Assembly (NCBI GenBank): GCA_026023565.1
Contig: JAPETS010000033.1
Location: forward strand, 186,001 to 250,000
Source: Cirrosporium novae-zelandiae
Lineage: Eukaryota
DNA length: 64,000 nt
Reading direction: 5' to 3'
Below, one piece after another: positions 26,124-37,551 of the stretch; position 1 is the stretch's first letter; the number at the start of each line of letters is the position of its first letter. Under the pieces are notes generated by a model. That model was not told the DNA's origin and did no database searches. It saw only the letters and a list, made by a program, of their open reading frames with translations. A program made the translations under genes and the position numbers.

Positions 26124-28563
26124 ATGGCTTTTGGAAATGTTGATAACAGATACAAAGGTGGTTCGATGAAACTGCTCAACACCTTTGCTGGTATTGATTC
26201 CCCCAAATGCTATGGTACCACAGCCGTACCATTAACTCGATGTCATAACAACAAAAAATATAGACTAATAGCCTTTTCTTCAATCGCTACTATATCTTTC
26301 TTTTGGTTTGCTTTTGGACTCAATGGACTATTTGGTATCGAGAGAAAATATTGTCAACTTGGAGCCTTGGTCCCTACCAACGAGGATTATAGAGTTTATG
26401 ACATACAGAGACCTGAATTCAAATGGCAAGATGTAAGAAATCCCCGTGCTTTTATACACTCTGGCTTACAGTGATAGGTGATCCCCACCCGCGAGATGAA
26501 ATATCACGATTGCTTCGATGGTTTACAATGCGCACGACTTGAGGTACCCATGGACTATAATAGAACTGATGGCAAGGGTAGAACAGTTGCAGTCGCCCTC
26601 ACAAGGCTTCCCGCAAAGGTGCCCGTGACGGACCCTCGATATGGTGGTCCAATCCTGATCAATCCAGGTATGAATCAACCTTGGACCACGAAAACAAACT
26701 CTAAGATGTCTGTCAGGTGGACCCGGAGGCTCTGGCGTGAGTCAATTATTATATATAGGAAGGGAGATTCAAACTATCGTAGATTCAAGCATAGATCCGA
26801 ATTCCAAGTCAGCAGATGATTCAGATCCAAAGTATTTCGATATCATCGGATTCGACCCCCGAGGTATCAACAACACAACCCCAGTCTTGTCATGTTTCCC
26901 AGACTCGTTTTCAAGGCAAAACTGGGGTCTGGCGGCTGAGGCGGTTGGAATTCTGGGAAGCTCAGAGGACTCGTTTACAAGAAATTGGTACCGGTCTAGG
27001 GCTGTTGCAGATGGTTGTTCCCAGGCAACTGGTACTAGTAATGATGGAGAGGAGGTCATTGGACAACATATGAACACTTCTCCGGTTGCTGCAGATATGG
27101 TTCAAATAATTGAACGGCATGCCGAATGGAGGGAGAAACAAGGTAAATCTGAACAAGAGGCGCAAGACTCACGGCATAGCTATGAAAAGGCTCAATCCAT
27201 TGCTACTCGGACTCGGTGGGACAAAGGTAACGAGAAGCTTCAATATTGGGGATTCTCATATGGCAGCGTACTAGGCACAACTTTCTCAGCCATGTATCCT
27301 GATAAGGTGAAGCGAGTCATTCTTGATGGTGTATGTGACTCAGAAGACTACTATAACGGTGATTGGTTTACCAATCTTGTTGATGCTGACCACATTCTGG
27401 ATCGTTTTGTTTTATATTGCGAAGCAGTAGGACCTAAAGGTTGTAGGTTCTATAAGTCTGGAGGGGGTCTCGCCATCCGGGAAGCATATGAGGACGTTTT
27501 GTCCAAGATTTACAAGAACCCTATATCTGTCCCGGCCTCTACCGAACGGGGACCAGAGATTATTACCTGGACTGACGTGAAGCTGATGGTCAAAACAGCA
27601 ATGTACCAGCCTCTTCGATTTTTTCCTCTAATGGCATCACTCCTTTCGGACGTGGCGTCAGGAAATGGCACCATGTTTGCAGGCTTGAAACAGGAGCGTC
27701 GCCATCCTACATGTCCGTCGTTGGAATGTCAAGCCAAAGGGCCCTATTCAAGTGAATGCAGCACACCCGGAGAGAGCCAAAACGAAGCAACGTTAGGAGT
27801 TTTATGCACCGACGCTGAGGGGCTAGGACAAATAGATGAAGAGGGATTCACAACTTATTGGCATGCACTTCAGCAACAGAGTAAGACCATTGGTGATTAC
27901 TGGGCGCATACGCGCTTGAGTTGTATCGGCTGGAAGACCAAAGCCAAGTGGAGATTCCATGGTATGCTATCCGGCTTCATATATTTTCTACCTTGCTTCT
28001 AGTAGTCAAAATCAGCAAGTTAACATCCACAACAGGTCCATTCACAGGGAATACCTCACACCCACTTCTCTGGATTGGCAACACCTTGGACCCCGTAACC
28101 CCCTTACGCAAGTAAGCAACCTATTCCCACCACCATTCCCATCATCACACCTATCTAACTTCCTCAACCCCACAGCGCCCAAAAAATGTCCCTCAGCTTC
28201 CCAGGCTCCGTAGTGCTGCAACAAGAATCCGAAGGCGTAAGTATCACTCCCTCACTTCCCCTCCCCCCCAATATCTCCCTTCCCCACCCTCACTCACCCA
28301 CCCACTTACTCACAAAACCAAAAACCCCACAGCACACGTCCCTAACCGCACCCTCCCTCTGCACCGCAAAAGCAATCCGAGCCTATTTCCAAACGGGTCA
28401 GCTACCGGCTCGAGGCACAATCTGCGAAGCGGACGTGAAGCCGCTTCTTGGGGCGGTGCCGTCATTTGGAGAGAAGAAGATGTTGAGGGGGGATGAGAGG
28501 ACGCTTTTGGAGGCAGTGGAGAAGGCGGTTGGGAATTTTAGAATTGTGGGGGGGTTGGTTTGA
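26124..28563 (+). CDS. Alpha/beta hydrolase, TAP-like peptidase (S33), multi-exon
   Basis: [20 protein letters not shown] (split by an intron), [16 protein letters not shown] nucleophile, DPVTPL, H..L.APSLCT. N-terminal hydrophobic anchor. Confidence 0.88.
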
Positions 28564-29041
28564 GGGGAAATGATTGATGATGATGAGGGACGAGGGACAT
28601 TTGCATTTACATTTACATTTACATTGCGGATATTTTACCATCTACGGAGAAGTATACCCACCTACCCATCCACCCATCTATACGTCAAGATCTCATATTT
28701 ATATACATGCATATGCATTTCAAGCGTCACCTCTTTTTTCCCCCTTCGATACCGTTTTTTACTTATACAATATCTATAGAAAAGATATAAAAATATCCAA
28801 TTAAAATTTAAGATGGAAATGAAAAATAAAAATTCAACTAGCCAAGATGATTTTCTTTTCTTTTTTTTTTTTAATTATGGGAAATAACAACTCCTCCATA
28901 TATATAAAAAGGAAGCGCTCCCCCACCACCACCACGCTCACAAAAAATGCCAATTCCATAATTTTCATAATGTTCCAAAAAACAAAAAATCAAACTCTCC
29001 CCCTCACCCCACTTTCCAACCCCCAACCCCTTCTCACTCAC

Positions 29042-29753
29042 TCACCTCCCCCTTCCCCTCCCCCCCTGCATCTGTCCCTGCTGCGGCACCCACCGACACT
29101 CGGCCGTAAAAAACCTCACCAACCCCTCCGCGCCCATCGCATCCCCCTTGCGATACAAATTCGCCACATCCACATTGAGCGGACTATCTAATCCCGGATC
29201 CGTCAGTAGCTGCTGAATAGCACTCATGCAAGAACTGATTGTGTATGCGGGGGTCCAGCCGCCTGCTGCTGACGAGGAGGAAGTGGAGGGAGAGGAGGCA
29301 GAAGTGGGGGGGGCAAGGGAGGAAGCGGGACCGAGGAGGCTGAGGCAGATGTCGCCGGTGCGGAAATCGATGTTGGGGTGGCAGATTGGGGTTAGGAATT
29401 TTATTTTGGGAGGCGTGAGGGGATAGGTTGGGGGGATTGAGATTGAGAGGAGCCAGAGGCCGCCTAGATTGGATGGGTTGAGAAAGTTAGTTTTTTTGTT
29501 TTATTTGGTTTCTGGGGCGGGATGGTTCTGAGCGCTCTCTCTCGCTTTCTCTCATCCATAAACAGAGCACACCCAAAACACACATACCTTCATAAGGACT
29601 CCCCCTAACCCCCTTCAACACGGCCTCCCATTGTAAAAGCTCATCGTCATGTACGGGTCCCAGGTGCAAGAGCGCATCGTTTGGTTCGCGGGCGTATTCG
29701 CGGATTTCTCGCATCAGGCGCTTTATTGCGGGCGGTTGGGATGTGGTCATCAT
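29042..29753 (-). CDS. PEX4: Ubiquitin-conjugating enzyme E2, peroxin 4-like
   Basis: KRLMREI, LLHLGPVHDDELLQWEAVLKG. Second exon YPLTPPKIKFLTPICHPNIDFRTGDICL..WTPAY..LLTDPGLDSPLNVDVA. Intron ~29465-29587. Confidence 0.8.
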
Positions 29754-30005
29754 TGTTGTTTGGAGAGATGGATGAGGGTGAGTATTTGTGTTTGTTGATG
29801 CGATGCGATGCAGTGGGTTGATGGATGGAGGTTGTTGTTGTTGTATGTTGTGGTGGTGAACGGTGAAATGGTGGTGGTAGTTGAATTGTACTGGACTGTT
29901 GTGGTTTAGCTAGATATTAGACTAGTTAGTTGGAGCTTGATGAGATGACGCTGGATGGATGGATGGCTGGCTGGGTTGGGCATCGGGCCGAGGCTTGAAG
30001 CTGGG

Positions 30006-30040
30006 TTTGTTTGCTTGTTTGCTTGTTTGCTTGTTTGCTT
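30006..30040. repeat. (TTGTTTGC)n tandem repeat
   Basis: Visible 8-mer run. Confidence 0.85.
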
Positions 30041-30813
30041 TACACATCGATATCTAGGCAGTCACGTGGCAGTCTACTACACAATGTTTGGTAAAACCAC
30101 ATTTTAAAGGTTTCGAAAATTCATAGAAGAGCATATATAGCATACTGATATTCTTAAAATAGATACCTAGGTATTTTTTAGCAATAGCCACTCCCTGGTA
30201 GGTAGGGCGCGTGTGTGGCTCGGAGCTTCCCAGGGGCCAAGGGGCGGATGAACCACCATAGGGCTAATAAGTGAATATATAAAATCATTTAGGCAGCGCA
30301 TCATGCCGAGGAGATTCTTACTCCAATCATCTAGGCTACACTTGATCACCGATGTAGAACAGGGGAAAGGAATTTAGTTAGCTTTGATAGCTGTCATCCC
30401 GGTAATATATGCCTTTCATTGGTTTGTTAGGCTGCAGACAGATCTCATTCAAGCATTCACTCATTTCTGCCCTCTTCTCGAATGGATTTAATATCTGTTC
30501 TAGTTAGCTAGTATACTTCCCCCATTTGTACAGGAATGCGTAGTGGAGGGTGCACTGACTCACACCAACATACTCGAGAAGCCTCGAGCAACAAACGTAG
30601 CCGTATCCGTGTAACGATGATCGCTATAAAAGGACGGCTGGTTCCTCCCGGCGAGATATATAACTAAACAACAATAACAACAACAACAACCTCACCTCTA
30701 CCTTAATCCCCACCACCTCAGAAACAAAGATTTCAACAAAGGATCAAAGCATCCATGAATCTTATCGTGAAGCAAAACTAAACAACCCACATATAGCTTT
30801 ATCGTTTGATATC

Positions 30814-32103
30814 ATGGAACAGAACAAGGAAGAATCATCGTCGAAACCTCAACGCCAAAGCAGAATGGCATCGATTAATAGCCCCGGTAACGCTCAGCAA
30901 GGGGACCGTATGGATGTTGATCGTCCACAGGGTCAAGGTGCTGGTCGCGGAGCTCCTCTCCAGCAGATACTAACCTCACGCCCACAGCAGTCAACGCAGC
31001 TGCAGGTTCGAAGTCAAGTTGGCGTTCCAGGTGGATCTCAAATCTCTCACCCTCAACAAGATGGGGCTTTACGATACTGGATGCAGCCTTTACAACAGGC
31101 TCAGCAGGAAGCAACAGCGACTATCCGACGATTCTCAGCACAGATACAGAATATGCCGCCTATGCCACGATCTCTATCTGCCCCTGACTTTTCAGTATAT
31201 GAGGCAACAGCAAAGTTGACAGAAGGTCAGGTCAATAGATGCCTAGCATTCAACGCAGTCTTCGTGCCATCATTAAATGCCTATGTTCGAATCCCCACTC
31301 CACCCTTTCAGCGCCTGCATCTCATTCCTTCCAATGCTGGGCCTCAACCTCATCCTCAACTTGCGAACCAACATGCATCTCAAGTTCAGCCTCGAGTTCA
31401 ACCTCGACCTCAGCCTCGACCTCAACCACCTGGAACTGAGTCGGAAGGAGACTCCCCAGAACCGGTCTCTCGGACTGAGTCTTGGCTTCGCCATCAGCAG
31501 CAATCAAACAAAAGAGAACCAGAGAATGAATCCCCTACGCTCCCCCCTCAACAGCCAAAGAGAAAACAACCACGCCGTTCCAAAAAGACTCCACCAAAAG
31601 AAATTCTTGACAGAGCGAATCAGCAATATATACATAAAAGCCAGGACCCTAGCAAACTAACAGATATCATAATTGAAGATCAAGATGAACTCAAAGCATT
31701 TGATGTTGCCCGTGAACAGTGGGGGTCAAACCTTGATCAGAATGCCCCCAAATATGGGCGCCATATGTCCGGTCATCCATACTGGATTTGCGTATGCTAT
31801 CCCAATTCCTAGTGATTCCTCTTTTTTTTTTTCATAAGCTAATTGATATAGTGTCAAGATCAGAAACAGCACGCAGCCTCCGGGTTTCGAGTTATGTATG
31901 ATAAGCGAATCGGCAACTGTCCCTATGGGGTTCCCGGGCCATCGTGCAATCATAATCAGTGCAAGAATTGTCTAATTGTCCAAGATGAGGAGGTAGATCT
32001 GAAGCTAAAGCATGACGCTGCGAATCCGTACATTATGACAGAGGAAGAGTTGAGCCATAAACGAAAATTCGACGAAAGAATTGAATGCGAGGATGAGGCT
32101 TGA
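30814..32103 (+). CDS. Hypothetical Q/P-rich protein with a small C-terminal Cys cluster
   Basis: 332-aa ORF with an upstream TATA. Intron ~31792-31851 joins YWIC to CQD...C...C.H..C..C. Confidence 0.55.
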
Positions 32104-32582
32104 CGGTTGGTTGATAGTGATTAGAAGAAGTGAGTTGGAAGTGCCTAGGTAATCTGGAGTGCTTGAGGAGAGTTTTCAAAGGTGGATAATGTTTCTAGAA
32201 GTGCGATCGGATATTTTCTGTCCGAAAGACAGTGTTTGTTTGTGATTTTACATGCTTCTTGTTAGCTATCGGTTGTCCAATTCTTGTTGGAAACCACAAG
32301 CTCGCATGGAAAAGCTATGGTTTCGGATAAGGTGGTCCTGGATCATCCTTGGATTCGGCTTTTAGGTAGTTTCCAAGTAGAAAATCCAAGTTCTCACCAG
32401 AATTATTCTTGTAAATACCGGTGACTAGGTGTTGATAAGCCGGAACAAAGTTGTCGCTAAAGTGAACGCGCTATTCACATCCGGAGATTTTTTATTCGTT
32501 TAATTCACGCGTCCCTCGCGTCGTTTACGAGTGGGTTGAAATAGTCCCTCAATATTTATCTCATCAACGACCATATAGCACC

Positions 32583-33359
32583 ATGGAAAGTGATGATACT
32601 GTCATTGAGATCAAAAAGAAGTTTCTCAAAACTCAAATCGGGGTTCTAAGTGTTCCTTTTCAAATCACAAGCAATTGGCAGGACGCCGTTCCTGTACCAG
32701 AACAGGGAGATCTTCCAGAAAGGGCTGTTGATGAGGCACTGATAAAAGGTACTAACTACCTCATCACCTACTTACTACTCAGAAGTTAATTTATCGTTCA
32801 AGCGCATACAATTGTCCTTCGGCATAATAATGCCGTCTACTCCTCACAAGCTCAACGACATATAGCCGAACAGATTGACCAGTTGTACTGGAATTCAAGC
32901 AATCCAGAATCGTCGCAACGTTACCTACATGTCTTAAGTAAAGATGCAGACCTCACGGACCCTGCAAACATAGCCGAATTGCCAGAAGAATGGCCTGCAA
33001 ATAATATTGGGGATCGCAATAGCCTTGAGAACCATGCACAATTGGCAAGGTACGAGCAATTACGAGAAAGATTGGTCGCCCTAAATACAAAAAGGGAAAC
33101 TCAACAGAAGAAGCTGACCCAGTTGAAACATTTGGAGGGACTATTACAACCGTTTGCGGATCCGCATCATAATATACAACCTAATCTTGCAACAAAAGAT
33201 AGTGAACTGAAGGCTGAGTTGGAAAAAATGAGAATGTTGATGGCTAGGGTTGGCGGCAGATTGAATGGGTTGAACGGTGATTCTACAAATGAATCGGGTA
33301 GTTATCAAAGACAGTTGAGAAGTGAAGAGGATAAGCTTGCGGAGCTCCTTTCTAAATGA
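32583..33359 (+). CDS. FTA4: Kinetochore Sim4-complex subunit Fta4/Nkp1-like
   Basis: TVIEIKKKFLKTQIGVLS, HNNAVYSSQAQRHIAEQIDQLYW, IAELPEEW, NIQPNLATKDSELKAELEKMRMLMARV. One intron. Confidence 0.75.
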
Positions 33360-34101
33360 TCATTGTGAGTACTACAGGTTATGGTGATATTGACACATGT
33401 AGAGTTGGAAGTGCTATAAGCCTCTGCATCTGACGACGAACAAAAAGAGCATCTAATAGAAAGTTAAATATTTATCAATGAGACCTATGAACAGGACTTT
33501 GCAGTACTGCAAGATTTTGATAAGAAGAAGGCTATGAATATTGAGATAACCAAATTAGTAACATGAGAATTGGCGAAGACAGATGGTTTGTTGCCTAGTG
33601 TCATGTATCAGCCGGCCATGGATCCTCGGCCCTGCTGTAGGGCGAGGCTTCGCCTTCAATTTCCTAACCTCCAACAAAATCACCAAGATTATTGTCCAAA
33701 GATCCTGGAGATGTTACTGAGGGGCTATATTAACCTTGAACTCTGTTCATCCTTGCCTAAAAAAAAACGAGTCATGCATGCGCTAGTTTTCAAGCCGAAT
33801 AGTACTTCCCATCCGTGGATAACTACTTGGGTACCTTTCTTCCCATGTCGAGACAATAAAAGGATAGGGCAACGTGGATTTCCACGACAGATACTATAAC
33901 TATTCTCGATCGTCTTGGTGGCTTTTACAATTCATTTTTATATCTGATATTCTTATTTCAATTATTACCGACTGCTATCCACATGCTATATAAATAAATC
34001 CCACCTTATTCGATCATTATTTCACGGCACAACTGAGTCCCTGAGCCAGTTCCTGTTTGGTTTGGTTTGGTTTGGTTTGTTGAGACCGTAGGAAGCCATA
34101 C

Positions 34102-35118
34102 ATGATGGAATCAACACTCTACCCCAAAATCACTAATAGGATTACCGATGTACTCCGGGACCTAGATCGAGCACTATATCCCAATGTATCGCCACGGATA
34201 ATTCCTCTAGTTGGAACCGTCAAACTCCACGGAACACATGCAGATATTGTTATACGTGGAGACAACTCTATAGCCCTTCAATCTCGCAATAGGACATCTC
34301 TTTCCTTGGAAGCAGACAACTACAAATTTGCCCAGTTCATGTGGGTCTTGCAGCCGCAGATCCTAAACCTCAAACAACAATATCATGCTAGATATACAGA
34401 ACTGAATCCAGGAGGACCTGCAATGGATCCTGAATTCCCGCTTATTATTGCGGGCGAATGGATAGGCCAAGGGATCCAAACAGGGGTTGCAATTGCTCAA
34501 CTCTCTCCCCGCTTCGTTATTGTCTCAGCAGCTATCAATGGTAGCTGGCTTCCTGACAATGATTATGCAGATATCCACAATGAGGCCACCGGCATCTACA
34601 ACATCTCTCGTGGCGGCTTCTTCCATAATTACCTCGACCGAAATGATGTAGAAGCATCAAAGGAAAAGCTCCAGGTGCTCGCCAACGATATTGAGAAGAA
34701 GTGCCCGTTTGGGGAATCCTTTGGGATCCATGGCGTTGGCGAAGGTGTCGTATGGAAGTTGCGTAACCATTCCGGGGATCCGAAATTCTGGTTCAAAGTC
34801 AAGGGTCCCAAATTCTCTACCAGTAGTATGCCAAAGATGTCAAAGATCCAAGATCCCACGGTCGAGGGGAAAAAGGCGCAAGCCAGAGAGTTTACAGAAG
34901 CAATAGTGACAGCAAGGAGATTGGAGCAAGGATTAGAGTATCTTGAAGAGATGGGAGTGAATCGAGACCAGAACGGGATGGGAGTGTTTTTGAAATGGGT
35001 TGTAAATGATTGTTTGACAGAGGAGAAGCGAGAAATGCAAGAACGAGGAATTGGTGTCAAGATGTTGAGCAAGGAGATTAACTCGAAGGCGAAAGCATGG
35101 TATAGCAAGAAGCTGTAG
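34102..35118 (+). CDS. ATP-dependent RNA ligase, Rnl2-like nucleotidyltransferase, intronless
   Basis: Motif I KLHGTH, QSRNR, motif III AGEW, motif IV EGVVW, motif V FKVKG, plus a C-terminal helical domain (VTARRLEQG). Confidence 0.8.
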   Translation: MMESTLYPKITNRITDVLRDLDRALYPNVSPRIIPLVGTVKLHGTHADIVIRGDNSIALQSRNRTSLSLEADNYKFAQFMWVLQPQILNLKQQYHARYTELNPGGPAMDPEFPLIIAGEWIGQGIQTGVAIAQLSPRFVIVSAAINGSWLPDNDYADIHNEATGIYNISRGGFFHNYLDRNDVEASKEKLQVLANDIEKKCPFGESFGIHGVGEGVVWKLRNHSGDPKFWFKVKGPKFSTSSMPKMSKIQDPTVEGKKAQAREFTEAIVTARRLEQGLEYLEEMGVNRDQNGMGVFLKWVVNDCLTEEKREMQERGIGVKMLSKEINSKAKAWYSKKL

Positions 35119-35556
35119 GAAACGTTGAATGGGATTATCGAAGAGATTGATACTATATAGTTAGACATTTTGTATGAGAGCTTCGACTGGATATTAATGA
35201 TAAGAAATTATTGATACACGAGTGTACCTTTATGACCCACCTTTTTTTAATCTCTCGGCCTTTCCTATCAGGTGGAAATAAGATGTGCTAAGGATAATGA
35301 AGAGATGGTTCAAATGACGTCGAGTCAATGGACTAGGGAAGGCTGAGAGAGGCATTGGAGGTATTGATCCTGGATACCGTAGGTAATTACTGACTTCAAG
35401 GCTGCCTATAAGAGCTTCAGCCTAGAATAGGCGGCCAAGTTTGCTCTGTTTGTTTTGTATGACTCCTCCTCGCTAGTGCCCTGCACGTGCCCCGCCCACT
35501 GTCTATAAATTCTTTCTGCTTTCCCACCTTCCTCCCTTTCTTTTTCTTTTCTCCTT

Positions 35557-35750
35557 AGCTCCCTTTGCCATATGGCTTAGATCAAGTGTAGTATCTGTTC
35601 TTTTCAGCTTAATAACTGAAACGGTGTCCCACGGGCCCTTCTTTTATTAATCTACTTTTTGGTATTAGGTTCAAGAGTTCTTCTGGCTTGCCAGAGAGTT
35701 CAGAATCAGTGTGTCTCTGGTATTTCACTACTTCCAGGTGATGCGAATAT
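35557..35750 (+). ncRNA. U2: U2 spliceosomal snRNA
   Basis: TTTGCC..GGCTTAGATCAAGTGTAGTATCTGTTCTTTTCAG..CTGAAA, including the GTAGTA branch-pairing sequence and stem IIa. Sm-like ACTTTTTGG at ~35656, TATA box at ~35504. 3' end approximate. Confidence 0.95.
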
Positions 35751-36093
35751 CTATTGTGTGCGATACTTTTCATCATGATTCTCGACTTGCTTGGGAACTT
35801 GAGGAAGAGATTAGCGGCTACATGCCGTAGTAAAAGTAGTATCTAGAAAGAGTTGGTCGATCTAGAAATGTAAAATTGTGACCGTAAACCTCTAATATAG
35901 GTATTAGCTTATAGGTAGATTGTTGTTGGCTACTTGAACTTCAATTCCCACACAAACTTCTTAATTATCTCAACCTAAAGATAGCATCGTTTAACATCTA
36001 TACCAACATAATATTCAAGCCTGATAGTTAAAAATTCTTCACCGAACATAAAACCCATCTCTTGCTTAGAATCCACCACTCCCCAAGTTCAAA

Positions 36094-37551
36094 ATGTCTT
36101 TACCAGCTCAAGACAGAATGGTTGACCCGGCCATATTCGATGAGCTCCAAGCTAAGATGGATGAAGACTCTCAAGTGAGAGATGAGCTAAAGGATATCCT
36201 TCAGACTCTACAAAGACAAGGCAGTTCTCTCGTGCAACTTCATCTACCCGACCGTAAGGCTAACACAATTGATATCCAGGCCGGAGTTCTCAAGCTATTC
36301 TTTCGAGAGCTCATTCAAGTCCCTCAGACCAGTGTCCGTGGTATCTTTTATTATTGAGTTTGACATGATGGTGTTGGAGAATGTGGATGTGCTGAGACGC
36401 TGGAAGAAACAGTATCCTCCGTAGTCGCGGATGCCCGTAAATCTATCTCGGCCCAAATGGAAACGATAACGAATCTTTCAAAGTCAGCATCGAGATATCC
36501 TTATTACAAGTACAACAGCCTTTGGGCACGGAACATCGAAAATACTGTAAGTTTACTCTCGCTGGTCTGTTAACGATGTATGGTCCAATCCATACCGCAT
36601 AGATGGAAAATATCGATAGAAGCTAAGAGTAGTGAATCCAGTGTTTCCACATCCTTTTTTGTGCCTGGTTAGGTGGCTATAAGGATGACTTTCCTTCTGC
36701 GGGGCAAGGGAGACTCTTGACAATCGAAGAGATGGGGACAGTACTCAATAGTGCGTCTGTCCCTTTTAGTTTTGTAGTCTTGCTGATGATCTGGTCGCTT
36801 CGTGATAGTCCCTGTGAACCTCAAAGACCGTGATGAGTTTCACTTGACCATTGAAGAATACCTCTTGGCCCTGATCTCATTGATTGACGAATTGGTACTT
36901 ATGTTTCAAAATTACCATGAGCTTCATCTTGTACCAAAACTCACTCTCCTTAGGCCCGCCTTGCGGTTAACTCGGTAACCCTTGGGGAGTATGGTCGACC
37001 GCAGATGATCAGCCAGTTCATGAAGGACCTACATGCTGGATTCCAGCTACTAAATCTGAAAAATGATCTCTTGAGGAAGAGGGCTGATTCGGTCAAATGG
37101 AACGTAAGTACGCCTTTTCATTGGTCCTGAGAGAGACGAAAATGGAATTCCCGTCATTTACATGTTTTTCGGAGCCGAAACGGGTGGGTCTGATGTCCTT
37201 CCTGGTGCTCCATCACCAGGCTCCCGCTTGAAGTGAGCAGCCTGGAGATGAGGCAATACAGGCAGACCTAGCTTGATCCGTGACCACGAATTATATAATA
37301 AATCACGCATGTGGGGATATTCTCGCGCAGAACCAGTGCAAGACCTAATCTACAGGGCGGACGTCCTATTCATGAGACCGGCAATAGGTCATGGAACAAA
37401 ACCAATAATCTAGGACCTGTTGCCAACCACAGAAAGTAGCCTTGTGCTAACCTAGTTCATCACATAGGTCAAGAAAGTCGAAGACGTCCTCTACGACCTT
37501 TCACTACGAAACCTCGTTCCCAAAAAGGAGGAAGCCGCACCTGCTTCTTAG
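36094..37551 (+). CDS. TSN1: Translin (C3PO subunit), 7 exons
   Basis: Spliced exons give YPYYKYNSLW, GRLLTIEE, VPVNLKDRDEFHLTIEEYLLALISLIDELARLAVNSVTLG, DLHAGFQLLNLKNDLLRKR and VKKVEDVLYDLSLRNL. Confidence 0.92.
37120..37434 (+). ncRNA. Candidate intronic structured RNA (H/ACA-like?) in translin intron 6
   Basis: Unusually long intron (37104-37467) with several hand-found stems and an ACA just before the branch point. Confidence 0.4.

Noticed and set aside
37104..37467. TPP riboswitch, RNase P/MRP or SRP RNA identity for the translin intron
   Set aside because: Only isolated words match (CTGAGA, AGTGCAA, AGCAG). The required conserved cores are missing.
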